Counted from the first letter of the stretch, positions 18,127 through 28,513 are shown. The stretch is DNA of 64,000 bases from an uncultured Acidobacteriota bacterium (GCA_963836075.1 CAWIIB010000001.1:960001-1024000); one strand, 5' to 3'. Translations and numbers: made by a program. The notes: generated by a model from the sequence alone, not told the origin.

Positions 18127-19395
18127 ATGGACTTCAGATTCGTTCACGCGGCCGACCTCCACCTGGACACACCGTTCAGCGGCATGGCCCGGCTCTCCCC
18201 GGAGATCGCCGACCAGTTGCGTGAAGCCTCCCTGGAGGCCTTCGACGACCTGGTCCGCCTGACCATCCGGGTGGACGCGGCCTTCCTCCTGCTGGCCGGG
18301 GATATCTACGACGGCGCGGAGCGGGGCCTCCGGGCCCAGCTGCGGCTGCTCCGCGGGTTCCAGCGGCTGTCGCGGAGGGGGATCCAGGTCTTCGTCGTAC
18401 ATGGTAACCACGACCCGGCTGGCGGCTGGTCCGCGGTGCGCGATTGGCCCGCCGGGGTGACCATCTTTGAACCGGGAGAGGTGCAGCGGGTCGCCGTGGA
18501 AAAGGACGGTCAACGTCTGGCCGTGGTCCAGGGCATCAGTTATGGACAGCGGCACGAGACGGACAACCTGGCGCTCCGTTTTCACCCGCCCGAGGGTGCG
18601 GGCCTGCAGGTGGGGCTGCTGCACTGTCACGCCGGAAGCGACCCGGCCCATGCCCCATACAGTCCCTGCCGCGTGGAAGACCTGCTGTCCGCCGGCCTGG
18701 ACTACTGGGCGCTGGGCCACCTGCACCGCCGCCGGATGCTGGCCGAGGGCGGGCCGTGGATCGCCTACCCTGGCAACCTGCAGGGCCGGAGCCTCTCCCC
18801 TGCCGAGACAGGCCCCAAGGGGGCACTGGTGGCGGAAGCAACGGACAACTCCGTCCGTTCGGTCCGCTTCGTTGCGCTGGACCGCGTCCGCTTCGTCAAC
18901 GAGGAGATCCTCGCCGGCGGTCTGCAGGACCTGGCCGCGTTGAATCAGGCCCTGCTGGACCGCGCGGAGGCCATCCGAACGGAGCACGAGGGACGGCACC
19001 TGGTGTTGCGGACGACCCTCACCGGGGACGGACCGCTGCACACCCGGCTGAACAGGCCGGGCCTGCTGGACGAGATGCTGGAGGAATTGCGTCACGGCGA
19101 ACGCCGGGACGGCCCCCTGTTCTGGTGGGAGTCGATAGAGGACCGAACCCGCTCGTCCCGGGATTTGGCGGCGCTGGAGCGACGGGATGATTTCTCGGCA
19201 GCGGTGATCCGGCTCCAGCGCCGGCTGGCCGCCGACCCGGGGGCACTGCGGCGGTTCGTTGAGCAGCAGGTGGGTTCGGCCCCGCTGATGCACGGGATGG
19301 CCCGGCGCAACAGGCCTCTCGACGAGACCGCACTGCAGGACCTGCTCGGCCGCGCCCTGGACCGGGCCCTCGACCTGCTGGAGCCGGAACGATGA
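18127..19395 (+). CDS. DNA repair exonuclease, Mre11/SbcD-like (YhaO family)
   Basis: HAADLHLD, AGDIYD, GNHD, YWALGHLH, YPGNLQGR. Start placed at MDFRFVH. Confidence 0.9.
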   Translation: MDFRFVHAADLHLDTPFSGMARLSPEIADQLREASLEAFDDLVRLTIRVDAAFLLLAGDIYDGAERGLRAQLRLLRGFQRLSRRGIQVFVVHGNHDPAGGWSAVRDWPAGVTIFEPGEVQRVAVEKDGQRLAVVQGISYGQRHETDNLALRFHPPEGAGLQVGLLHCHAGSDPAHAPYSPCRVEDLLSAGLDYWALGHLHRRRMLAEGGPWIAYPGNLQGRSLSPAETGPKGALVAEATDNSVRSVRFVALDRVRFVNEEILAGGLQDLAALNQALLDRAEAIRTEHEGRHLVLRTTLTGDGPLHTRLNRPGLLDEMLEELRHGERRDGPLFWWESIEDRTRSSRDLAALERRDDFSAAVIRLQRRLAADPGALRRFVEQQVGSAPLMHGMARRNRPLDETALQDLLGRALDRALDLLEPER

Positions 19396-21329
19396 TCATC
19401 CGCGGCTGGTCCATCGACGGCTTCGGTCTCTTCCACCAGGAGGAGTGCCGCGACCTGGGTGACGGCCTCACCGTGGTCCTCGGACCCAACGAGTCGGGGA
19501 AGAGCACGATGATCGCCTTTGTCCGCGGGGTGCTCTTCGGGTTTCCGGACCGCCGGAGCCGTGACCCGCAATATCCGCCGCTGCATGGTGGACGACACGG
19601 CGGCCGCCTGTTCCTCGACACCGCAGCCGGACCGCTGATCGTCCAGCGGGAGGCCGGTCGGTTGAGGCCGCCGCTGGTCACGCTGCCCGGGGGCCGGCTG
19701 GGCACCGGCGAGGACCTGGAGAAAATACTCGGCGGACTGGACCAGGCCGTCTTTCGCAGCATCTTCGCCTTCGGTCTCTCCGAGCTCAACGACTTTGCGG
19801 CCCTCGACACGGGCGGCATCGGTCGGCGACTGTTCGCCGCCGGCATCACCGGGGCGGGGCGGAGTGCCCGGGAGGCGCTGGACACGCTGGGCCACCAGGC
19901 CGGCCAGCTGCTCCGGCCGCGGGGCCGCTCGGCCATCGGCAGCACCCTGGGGCAGCTCACCCGACTGGAGGAACGGATCACCACGGCCAGAAACGAGCTG
20001 GACCGGCACCCCCACCTGGTGCGCGAGGAGGAGGAGCAGTGTCTGGAGCTTGAGCAGCAGTCCCGTGAGGCGGACCGTCTCCGCTCGGAGGAAAAACGGC
20101 TGGAGCGGCTGCTGGAGCTCTGGCCCTCCTGGAACCAGCGGCGGCAGGCCGCTGAGCTTTTGGCCCTGCTGCCGGCCGGGGCGGAGTTCGAAGACCCCGG
20201 TGACCGGCTGAGCCGTCTGGTGGACCGGTTGGAGGATGAAGCGGACCAGGACCGGGAAAGCGGAGGACAGCCGACCCGGAAGTGGGCGGTGCCGGTCTTC
20301 CTCGCCGTGGCGTCGGCGGCCGGTCTGTTCTGGTGCCTGCGGACTGAAAACTGGCTGTCAGTGGCTCTCTATGCCGTCGGGGCAAGTGCCTCCGTCCTGG
20401 CGCTGACGGTCAGCGTGATGCGGCATCTCCGGGCTCGCCGGCTGGAATCCGTGGAGCGCGAACGCCGGGCCGCCGATTCGGCGGCGAACCTGGCCGCCGC
20501 CGCCAGCGACCTGGCCGGCTTGCGCCGAACGCTCTCCGCAACGGCCCGGCGGCAGTCACTGGAGCAGACCATACGACAGGTGGACGCACTGGTGGCCGCG
20601 CGCACCGGTGTGGACCGGCAGGCGGCAACTTTTGTCGAAGAGCTGGACAGCGGCTCGGTGAGCTCCTGGGAACGAGCGCTGGCCCGGGTCAGGCAGCAAC
20701 TGGCCGGGACGGTGGAACGGCGTGACCAGGCGATCAGAAGAACCGAAGCGCTGCGCCGGCAGCGGGAAGCACTGGAGCAGTCGGCGGACCTCCCCGCCCT
20801 GGAGACCGAAGCCCAGACGCTGCGCTCCCGTCTGGACGAAGAGGCCGGTCAGTGGCGCCTGCTGGTCACCGCCCGCGGGCTGGTGGAGCAAGCGCTGCGG
20901 GAATACATCGCCGGCCGTCAGCCGGCGGTCCTGAATCGGGCATCGGGTCTGATCAGCACGGTCACCGGCGGGAGATACATCCAGGTGGTCCACGAAGCGG
21001 AGGGCAACAGTCTGACCCTGCTTGGCGGTGACGGGAGCCGGGTGGGGACCGCTGACCTGAGCAGGGGAACGGCAGAGCAACTCTACCTCTGCCTGCGTCT
21101 GGCCCTGGCCGGAGACCATGCGGACCGGGGCAGTCCGCTGCCGCTGCTGATGGATGACGTCCTGGTCAATGCCGACCCGGACCGGGTCGCCGGATTGGCC
21201 GCCGCCATCAGGGAGTTTGCCTCGGGGGGGCAGGTTCTGCTCTTCACCTGCCATCCCCACACGGCCGAACTGCTGCAGGATTGCGGAGGAGGGGTTGAGA
21301 CCCGTCGGCTGGCCAGCCGGCAGGACTAA
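19392..21329 (+). CDS. YhaN-like SMC/Rad50-type ATPase with internal TM hairpin
   Basis: Walker A GPNESGKST, signature LSRGTAEQLYL, Walker B LMDDVLVNAD, FTCH. ATGA overlap with the nuclease gene. Confidence 0.88.
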   Translation: MIIRGWSIDGFGLFHQEECRDLGDGLTVVLGPNESGKSTMIAFVRGVLFGFPDRRSRDPQYPPLHGGRHGGRLFLDTAAGPLIVQREAGRLRPPLVTLPGGRLGTGEDLEKILGGLDQAVFRSIFAFGLSELNDFAALDTGGIGRRLFAAGITGAGRSAREALDTLGHQAGQLLRPRGRSAIGSTLGQLTRLEERITTARNELDRHPHLVREEEEQCLELEQQSREADRLRSEEKRLERLLELWPSWNQRRQAAELLALLPAGAEFEDPGDRLSRLVDRLEDEADQDRESGGQPTRKWAVPVFLAVASAAGLFWCLRTENWLSVALYAVGASASVLALTVSVMRHLRARRLESVERERRAADSAANLAAAASDLAGLRRTLSATARRQSLEQTIRQVDALVAARTGVDRQAATFVEELDSGSVSSWERALARVRQQLAGTVERRDQAIRRTEALRRQREALEQSADLPALETEAQTLRSRLDEEAGQWRLLVTARGLVEQALREYIAGRQPAVLNRASGLISTVTGGRYIQVVHEAEGNSLTLLGGDGSRVGTADLSRGTAEQLYLCLRLALAGDHADRGSPLPLLMDDVLVNADPDRVAGLAAAIREFASGGQVLLFTCHPHTAELLQDCGGGVETRRLASRQD

Positions 21330-21943
21330 TCGCTATACAGCCAGGCGTCCTCGCCGCTCTGTTCCTTCTGCTTCTTTCGCCCTTTCGACTCGGCAAAACC
21401 CTTGATCCGCACGCTCATTATCGATTCCAGTAAGACCGGCTGGTATTCCTCGAAATCGGCGGCGAGACAGGTGGCGGTCACCGTCAGCACGGCATCACCC
21501 CAGGGGTGGAAGGCCTTGATCGACCGGATTTCGCCGAAAACCGAGGACCAGGAGAATTCGGCCAACAGATACTGATCGTCCTCCTCACCCAGCCAGCGGC
21601 TGGACAGCAGGCGGGCTCCCGGCCTCGCGTAGAGATTGGCCTCCTGCAGAGCTTCCGGGGTCACCTCCTGTTGGAGCGGTCCACCCGTATGATTCATATT
21701 GTTCGATCCGCCCGCCATGGTCAGGCTGATGAAGGGGTAGGGGTCGTCACCCTCGGGCCTGAAAACACCGAGCACAAACTGGTGCGGCTCCGCCTGGTAG
21801 GACCAGCCCTCAGGCCCTCTGATTTCATAGGGAATCAGCACACCCTGGCGGATGATCCCGTCACCGGCAGCGACATTCCAGCCCCAGGGACCGGCCAGTT
21901 GGACCAGCACGAACAAAAGTAACAACGCAGGAACCCGCTTCAT
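21326..21943 (-). CDS. Secreted hypothetical protein (possible PsbP/DcrB-like fold)
   Basis: RBS ggagg before MKRVPALLLL signal peptide. PEGW near the N-terminus and TVTAT..DFEEYQPVL..SIMS near the C-terminus. Confidence 0.6.
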   Translation of the reverse strand: MKRVPALLLLFVLVQLAGPWGWNVAAGDGIIRQGVLIPYEIRGPEGWSYQAEPHQFVLGVFRPEGDDPYPFISLTMAGGSNNMNHTGGPLQQEVTPEALQEANLYARPGARLLSSRWLGEEDDQYLLAEFSWSSVFGEIRSIKAFHPWGDAVLTVTATCLAADFEEYQPVLLESIMSVRIKGFAESKGRKKQKEQSGEDAWLYSD

Positions 21944-22213
21944 CGCAATATCCTCCCGGACAGGGCCTGGCCCATATTCTTTCCTGAAACCGATTGTATC
22001 CCCAACGCCCGGCAATGTCCACGCAGTGAATCATTGCCAGGAGCCGTACCTTTCCCATATAATCTGTTTGGTTTACCGGCTGGCCGCCCCGCGGCCCGCC
22101 GGCCTCCCTCGGAAACCGCTATCGGCCCCATGGCCTTTAATACGAACTCCCGTGCGCGGGAATCTAGTGCTGGATTGAAACACCCCTTTTACCCCAGCTG
22201 TTGAGGAGGAATC

Positions 22214-23551
22214 ATGGATCTGGACAGGAGGCTAGAAAACGTCACCGTTATCGGGGCAGCCGGAAAGATGGGCAGCGGCATCGCCCTCTTGCTGGCCAAC
22301 GAAATGGCTGCCACCAGACTGAAACCTGAAAACAAGGATCGCCAGTACAAGCTGAACCTGATCGACGTCAGTGACGAAGCTCTGGCCGGCCTGATGGGCT
22401 ACCTCAGAACCCAGCTCTGCAAGCTGGCCGAGAAATCCACCGTGACCCTGCGCCAGCTGTACCAGGATCGCGAGGACCTGGTGGAGAACGGCGAGATCAT
22501 CGACGAGTTCATCTCGGATGCGCTGCTGCTCTGTCGCTGCAGCACTGACGTGGGGATGGCCGCCGGCTCGCGGATGGTCTTCGAGGCCATCGTGGAGAAG
22601 GTGGACGTCAAAGTGCAGATTTTCAGCCGGCTGAAGGACATCTGTGATGACAACGCCTTCTTCTTCACCAACACCTCATCGATCCCGATCAAGCAGGTGG
22701 ACGAACAGGCCGGCCTGGGCGGCCGGATCATCGGCTTCCACTTCTACAACCCCCCCGCGGTGCAGAAGCTGGCCGAACTGATCTCCTCGGACAACACCCT
22801 GCCCGAGGTAAAAGAGATCTCGGCGGAGATCGCCAGGCGGCTGCGTAAAAAAATCATCCCGGCCAACGATATCGCCGGGTTCATCGGCAACGGCCACTTC
22901 ATGCGTGACGGCATCCATGCCATGGACGAGGTGCGGCGGCTGCAGGGCGAGATGACCATGCCCGGCGCCATCTACGCGATGAACAGGGTGAGCCAGGACT
23001 TCATGGTCCGTCCGATGGGTATTTTCCAGCTGATCGACTATGTGGGTATCGACGTCTTCCAGTGCATTCTCCGGGTGATGAACGAGCACCTGGAGGAAGA
23101 GCTGCAGGACGAGTTGATCGATGCCATGGTGGAACGGAAGGTTCTCGGCGGTCAGAACTCCGACGGCAGCCAGAAGGACGGCTTCATCAAGTATGAGCGG
23201 GGCCGCCCGGCAGGGGTCTACGACCTGGAAACCGGGGAATACAGGATGTTCGATGCCGACGGGTGGTCGGGCAAGATCGATGCCGAACTGGGGCAGTTAC
23301 CCGCGGAGCACGCTCCATGGAAAGCGTTGCTGATGGATCCGGGCAAGCAGGACAAGCTGAAGACCTACTTTGCGGCACTGGACGAAGTCGACTCCCTGGG
23401 CGCCAAGCTGACCCGGCGCTATCACAAACGCTCATACGAGATCGGCAAGGAACTGGTGGCTGACGGCGTGGCGGCCAACGACGACGACGTCAACGGTGTG
23501 CTGACCACCGGGTTCTTCCACCTCTACGGCCCGATCAACGACTACCTGTAA
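22214..23551 (+). CDS. 3-hydroxyacyl-CoA dehydrogenase family protein
   Basis: GAAGKMGSGIA, FEAIVE, TNTSSIP, HFYNP, AGFIGN, PMGIFQLIDYVGID. Confidence 0.9.
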   Translation: MDLDRRLENVTVIGAAGKMGSGIALLLANEMAATRLKPENKDRQYKLNLIDVSDEALAGLMGYLRTQLCKLAEKSTVTLRQLYQDREDLVENGEIIDEFISDALLLCRCSTDVGMAAGSRMVFEAIVEKVDVKVQIFSRLKDICDDNAFFFTNTSSIPIKQVDEQAGLGGRIIGFHFYNPPAVQKLAELISSDNTLPEVKEISAEIARRLRKKIIPANDIAGFIGNGHFMRDGIHAMDEVRRLQGEMTMPGAIYAMNRVSQDFMVRPMGIFQLIDYVGIDVFQCILRVMNEHLEEELQDELIDAMVERKVLGGQNSDGSQKDGFIKYERGRPAGVYDLETGEYRMFDADGWSGKIDAELGQLPAEHAPWKALLMDPGKQDKLKTYFAALDEVDSLGAKLTRRYHKRSYEIGKELVADGVAANDDDVNGVLTTGFFHLYGPINDYL

Positions 23552-23627
23552 GCAACAGCCGCTCCACCGGCGGAAACCCCGGGCCCCGAGGCTCCGGCAC
23601 GCCGCCGATGCTGGGAGGGAGACGAGA

Positions 23628-24869
23628 ATGAAGCTGAGAAAAAACGTTTACATCGCTGCCGGATTCAACACGGTGTCCTTCGGCTCCGGAAGAAAGGAGT
23701 TCCACCCGAAGAAAGCCCGGCCCGGCCTGGAACATTACATCAAGGAAGCCGGCGAGGGCGTGCTGGCCCAGATCAACGACCCGGAAGTGATCGACGAAGG
23801 GATCATCTCCAACTTCATGGCCGCCCGCTTCAACCGCCAGGGCAACCTGGCCGGCATGATCCCCACCATCCACCCGTCGCTGGAATACAAGCCGTGCACC
23901 AGGGTGGAAGGCGCCTGCGGTTCGGGTGGCCTCGGCCTCTACACGGGGATGAAGAGCGTCCTCGCCGAAACCGCCGATGTGGCGCTGGTGGTGGGCGTCG
24001 AAGTTCAGAACACGGTCAAGGCGATTTACGGCGCCGACATCCTCGCCGGTGCCGGGCACTACGCCTCGGAGCGCAAGAACGGCCACGCCTATTTCTTCCC
24101 CGGCCGCTTTTCCGAGCGCGCCGCCGCCTACCAGGAGAAGTTCGGCACGGACGAGGTTCGCGAGGCCATGGCGCTCTGGTATGCCCAGGCCGTGGAGAAC
24201 GCCCGCAACAACCCCAAGGCCCAGGAACACCACAACAGTTTCTCCGATCCGTTTGCCACCGGGATGACCCCGCCGAACCCCAAGGCGTTTCTCTCGCACC
24301 TCAACGTGTTCGACTGCTCCAAAGTGTCCGACGGCGCCTCGGCCTGCATCATCGCCTCGGAAGAGGGGCTGCAGAAACTCGGCATCGACAAGAGCAACGC
24401 GGTGCTGATCAAGGGTTTTGGCCAGTGCGAGGCCGACCTGACCCGGCACGATGACGACCCCACCAGGCTAAAGACTTCGGCCACGGCTGCCGGAATGGCT
24501 TACGCCATGGCCGGTCTGAAACCCGATGACATCGGCGTGCTGGAAGTCCACGACTGCTTCACCATCACCGGCCTGCTGATGCTGGAAGCCACCGGTTTCG
24601 CCGACTACGGCAAGGGCGGCGACCTGGTGAAGGCGAAAGAGACGAAGGTCGGCGGCGCCATTCCCACCAACGCCACCGGCGGACTGGTGGGCTTCGGTCA
24701 CTACACCGGAGGCACCGGGGTCCGGCAGGCGGTGGACATTCTGCACCAGCTCACCGGCGCGGCTCCGGAGGGATGTCAGATCGACGTGCCCAGTGGCAAG
24801 CAGAACGGCCTGATGGTCTCCATGGGCGGCAACGACAAGACCGTCACTTCGATGATCCTCGGCAACTGA
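23628..24869 (+). CDS. Thiolase, SCP2-type (HDCF motif)
   Basis: RVEGACGSGG nucleophile, DCSKVSDGA, LEVHDCFT, GGLVGFGH, SMGGNDKT. Confidence 0.9.
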   Translation: MKLRKNVYIAAGFNTVSFGSGRKEFHPKKARPGLEHYIKEAGEGVLAQINDPEVIDEGIISNFMAARFNRQGNLAGMIPTIHPSLEYKPCTRVEGACGSGGLGLYTGMKSVLAETADVALVVGVEVQNTVKAIYGADILAGAGHYASERKNGHAYFFPGRFSERAAAYQEKFGTDEVREAMALWYAQAVENARNNPKAQEHHNSFSDPFATGMTPPNPKAFLSHLNVFDCSKVSDGASACIIASEEGLQKLGIDKSNAVLIKGFGQCEADLTRHDDDPTRLKTSATAAGMAYAMAGLKPDDIGVLEVHDCFTITGLLMLEATGFADYGKGGDLVKAKETKVGGAIPTNATGGLVGFGHYTGGTGVRQAVDILHQLTGAAPEGCQIDVPSGKQNGLMVSMGGNDKTVTSMILGN

Positions 24870-24884
24870 CGTCGTTTACAGAAC

Positions 24885-24914
24885 GGGGCAGGCGAACGCC
24901 TGCCCCATTTTTTT
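24885..24914 (+). terminator. Rho-independent terminator
   Basis: ggggcaggcg-aa-cgcctgcccc followed by a T7 tract. Confidence 0.85.
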
Positions 24915-24924
24915 GCATCGTCGA

Positions 24925-25881
24925 TTAGAAGAGGAAGAACCAGGCCGCTGCAGCCAGAATTAGAATGAAAAAGAAAATGACGGCAAGGCGGGTGCCTTTA
25001 CCTTTCTTCTTCGGTGGGGCGGCCTTCAGTGCGGTATCAGCCAGATTCCCGGAGATGACCGTTTTCGCCGCTTCATCCGCGACACCCCCGGAGGCCGATT
25101 CCCCGGCGTCCGCCGGATCCTGGTCAGCGGTATCACGGCCGGCGCTCACCAGCACCACGGTGATGTTGTCGGTGCCGTCTTTCTCGTTGGCCAGGTCGAT
25201 ACAGCGGTCGGCCTTCTGCTCCAGGCTCCCCGGGCCGGAGAGAATCGCGGCCATCTCTTCGGGGGTCACTTCGTTGGAGAACCCGTCGGAGCAGAGAAGA
25301 AAAATATCCCCCTCTCCGCAGCGCCCGCGAGCGGTGTCCACTTCCACCTCTTCCCGGCCGCCGATGGAGCGGGTGATCACGTTCTTCAACCGGTGGGTGG
25401 CCGCATCCTCTTCCTTGAGCAGGCCGAGGTCCTGCTGTTCCTGGACCAGGGAGTGGTCGGTGGTCAGCTGGGTGATCTCCCCGTCGTAGAAACGGTAAAT
25501 CCGGCTGTCGCCAACGTGGCCCAGCGTGTAGCAGTCATCGCCACCGATGAGCAGCACGCTGGCCGTGGACCCCATGCCCCGCTGTGCCGGGTTTTCCATG
25601 CCCTGCCCGAACACCTTGCGGTTGGCCGTGGTCAGGGCGGTATTCAGCACCTGGTCCGGTTCGGGTGGAGGGTCTGACTCCCCGGCGGAGCCAAAAGCGC
25701 CACGGCAGACCTCTTCGAGAACCGAGACCACCATACCGCTGGCCACTTCCCCCGCCGCGTGGCCACCCATACCGTCGGCCACCACGAAGAGACGGCACTC
25801 CGGAAGCACCAGCAGGCGGTCCTCGTTGTTTTCCCTGCGTTTGCCGGGGTGACTCTTGCCGGCAGCGGTAAATTTCAACAT
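24925..25881 (-). CDS. PP2C-type Ser/Thr phosphatase (Stp1/PrpC) with C-terminal membrane anchor
   Basis: RENNED, VADGMGGH, HVGDSR, DHSLV, LCSDG, DNIT. Hydrophobic C-terminal helix. Confidence 0.92.
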   Translation of the reverse strand: MLKFTAAGKSHPGKRRENNEDRLLVLPECRLFVVADGMGGHAAGEVASGMVVSVLEEVCRGAFGSAGESDPPPEPDQVLNTALTTANRKVFGQGMENPAQRGMGSTASVLLIGGDDCYTLGHVGDSRIYRFYDGEITQLTTDHSLVQEQQDLGLLKEEDAATHRLKNVITRSIGGREEVEVDTARGRCGEGDIFLLCSDGFSNEVTPEEMAAILSGPGSLEQKADRCIDLANEKDGTDNITVVLVSAGRDTADQDPADAGESASGGVADEAAKTVISGNLADTALKAAPPKKKGKGTRLAVIFFFILILAAAAWFFLF

Positions 25882-25902
25882 GCGTGTTTCCTTTTGCCCG
25901 CG

Positions 25903-26019
25903 ATTCTATTCAAGGGCTCCGGGGCTGTCAATCAGCAGGCCGGTGGTTCGGCACCGAGCCGCCGGGACCCGCGGCCGGCGGCGGCCCTGTTTGACAACGG
26001 TTCGGCCGCTTCTTAACAT
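25903..26019. promoter_or_regulatory. Divergent sigma70 promoters for the phosphatase and waaA-lpxK
   Basis: Minus strand TTGACA-17-TAGAAT (25931-25903). Plus strand TTGACA-17-TAACAT (25991-26019). Confidence 0.65.
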
Positions 26020-26070
26020 GACCGTCGAGCGGCCTTCCCGGTCACATCGGCCCATCGAGGAGTAAGCAGC

Positions 26071-27420
26071 TTGCCCGGTTTCCGTCTATTGTGGTGGTCC
26101 TATCGGCTGGCCGGCCCCCTGGCCCTGGGCCTGGCGGTGCCCTGGCTGGCGGTCAAGGGCCTCACCAACCCTCGCTGGCGGGGCGTGCTCTCCGCCCGGC
26201 TGGCCCTGGGACATCCGCGTAAGCACGGGGACCTGGGGAAGCAGGGACCGTTCTGGCTGCACGCCGTATCGGTGGGCGAAGTCCTGGCCCTGCGCGCGGT
26301 GGTGGACCGGATGCTGGCCGCTGATCCGAAGCTGCCGCTGGTCGTCTCCACCTCCACCCCCACCGGCAACCGGGTGGCCCGGGAGTCGATGCCCCGCGGT
26401 GTCCGGGTGCGCTATTTTCCGCTGGACACCGCGGGCTGCGTGCGCCGGGCGCTGGACCAGGAACGCCCCTGTGCCGCCGCGATCATGGAGACGGAAATCT
26501 GGCCGGCCTTTTTTCTCGCCTGCCGCCGGCGGGGCATACCGCTGGCGATCATCAATGGCCGCATGTCCCCCACCTCTTTCCGCCGTTACCAGCTGGTGCG
26601 GCCGCTGATCGAAGAACTGCTCGCCGGTGTGGGCTGCGGTTGCTTTCAGACCGCAGCGGACCTCCAGCGGTTCACCGGCCTCGGGCTGCCCGCCGGCCGC
26701 GGTTCGGTCCCGGGCAACCTCAAGTATGACCTGGAGAACCTCGAGGCCCTGGCCCGCGGCAGCCGTGCCGGGGCCGCCGTGGCCGCCGCCTGGCGCGAAG
26801 AGGGGGACGGGCGGGGGGCACGGCCGCTGGTGGTGGCGGGCAGCACCAAGGGGGAGGAGGAGAAAATGATCCTCCAGGGGCTGGCGCCGCTGATGCGGGA
26901 ACGTCCCGGCCTGCTGCTCCTGCTGGCGCCGCGCCACCCCGAGCGGTTTGACGAGGCGGCAAAGCTGGTGGAGGCCTGCGGGTTCCCCTGGTGCCGGCGC
27001 TCGGCCCTCAACCACGGCGCAGCACCGCCCCCCGGATGCCGGGTGCTGCTGCTGGACAGCCTTGGTGAGCTGGCCGGGGTTTACGGGGAGTGCACCGCGG
27101 CGTTCGTGGGCGGCAGCCTGGTGCCGGAAGGCGGGCACAACATCCTCGAACCGGCCTTCTTCGGCCGCCCGGTCATTTTCGGCCCGCACATGGACAACTT
27201 TGCGGAGATGGCGGACCTGTTCATCCGGCGGGAGGCTGCGATCCAGCTCGATTCGGCTGACCAGCTTGAACCGACGGTGCGCCGCCTGCTGGACGCCCCG
27301 TCAGCGGCACGTGAGCGGGGACGGAAAGCACGACGGATTCTGGAGGAAAACCAGGGGGCCGCCTCCGCCATCGCCGGCGCCCTGGTCCAGCTGGCCGACA
27401 CAACCGGACGAGGCACCTGA
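26071..27420 (+). CDS. waaA: 3-deoxy-D-manno-octulosonic acid (Kdo) transferase
   Basis: WLHAVSVGE, PLD, ETEIWP, NGRMS, GNLKYD, AGST, PRHPERF, GGHNILEP, GPHMDNF. Confidence 0.95.
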   Translation: MPGFRLLWWSYRLAGPLALGLAVPWLAVKGLTNPRWRGVLSARLALGHPRKHGDLGKQGPFWLHAVSVGEVLALRAVVDRMLAADPKLPLVVSTSTPTGNRVARESMPRGVRVRYFPLDTAGCVRRALDQERPCAAAIMETEIWPAFFLACRRRGIPLAIINGRMSPTSFRRYQLVRPLIEELLAGVGCGCFQTAADLQRFTGLGLPAGRGSVPGNLKYDLENLEALARGSRAGAAVAAAWREEGDGRGARPLVVAGSTKGEEEKMILQGLAPLMRERPGLLLLLAPRHPERFDEAAKLVEACGFPWCRRSALNHGAAPPPGCRVLLLDSLGELAGVYGECTAAFVGGSLVPEGGHNILEPAFFGRPVIFGPHMDNFAEMADLFIRREAAIQLDSADQLEPTVRRLLDAPSAARERGRKARRILEENQGAASAIAGALVQLADTTGRGT

Positions 27421-28496
27421 TGGCCCTCAACCGTATCGATCCGCACAACGGTCTCTGGCGGGCAGCGGGCACACTGCTCATGCCCCTGGGGGCCCTCTAT
27501 GCCGCTGGGACCAGGCTGCGCAGCCTGGCCTACCGTCGCGGATGGCTGACCTCCTTCCCCGCCGGCGTCCCGGTGGTCAGCGTGGGCAATATCACCGCCG
27601 GCGGCACCGGCAAGACACCGATGGTCCAGCTGCTGGCCGGCTGGCTGCTGGAAGAGGGTCTGCGGCCCGCGGTGTTGAGCCGCGGGTACGGCGGCACCGC
27701 CCAGGGTGATATCCAGGTTCTGGAGGCCGGCAGCGACCTCGACCCCCGCCTGGCCGGTGATGAACCCTGCCTGCTCTCCCGAAACCTCCCCGGTGTGCCG
27801 GTCCTGGTCAGCCCCCACCGGGTCGCGGCGGCTCGCCTGGCGGTGGGCCAGCTGAACGCCGGCCTGCTCCTTCTGGATGACGGGTTCCAGCACCTGCGCC
27901 TGCGCCGGGACCTCGACCTGCTGCTGGTGGATGCTTCAGATCCGCTGTGGACCAACCGGGTCATCCCTGCGGGCACGCTGCGCGAGCCGCTGTCCGCCAT
28001 GAGCCGGGCCGATGCGGTGATCTGCACCAGGACCCCGGACAGCGGCATCCCCCGGGACCTCGCCCGGCTGATCAGCCACCATTGCCCGGGCCGCCCGGTA
28101 TACTCGGCCCGGCACGCCCCCGCCGGAATCACCCCCCTGGGCAGCAGTCCCCTGCCCCCCGCCGGGAAGAACTCCACCGGGGGGTACCTGCTGGTCTCCG
28201 GGATCGGCAATCCCCGCTCGTTCCGCCGTTCCGCCGAAGAGTTCGGGCTGCATGTGGCGGGCGAGAAACGCTTTGCCGACCACCATCGCTACCGGGAGTC
28301 GGACCTGGCCGAGGTGGGCCGCCTTCTGGCCCGCCTGGGAGGTGACGCCGTGCTGTTCACGGAAAAGGATGCCGTAAGGCTCGGACCGCTGGCCAGACAG
28401 CTGCAATGGCCGGCCGGGTTCCTGGGCGTGCGGATGGCGGTGGAAAACGCGGATCAGCTGAGACAGCTGGTTCTGGACCGGGTGCGGGGGGCGTGA
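27420..28496 (+). CDS. lpxK: Tetraacyldisaccharide 4'-kinase
   Basis: SVGNITAGGTGKTP, SRGYG, GDEP, LDDGFQH, PAGTLREP, DHHRY, TEKDAV. Confidence 0.95.
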   Translation: MALNRIDPHNGLWRAAGTLLMPLGALYAAGTRLRSLAYRRGWLTSFPAGVPVVSVGNITAGGTGKTPMVQLLAGWLLEEGLRPAVLSRGYGGTAQGDIQVLEAGSDLDPRLAGDEPCLLSRNLPGVPVLVSPHRVAAARLAVGQLNAGLLLLDDGFQHLRLRRDLDLLLVDASDPLWTNRVIPAGTLREPLSAMSRADAVICTRTPDSGIPRDLARLISHHCPGRPVYSARHAPAGITPLGSSPLPPAGKNSTGGYLLVSGIGNPRSFRRSAEEFGLHVAGEKRFADHHRYRESDLAEVGRLLARLGGDAVLFTEKDAVRLGPLARQLQWPAGFLGVRMAVENADQLRQLVLDRVRGA

Positions 28497-28513
28497 TGAG
28501 CGGTACAAAGCAA

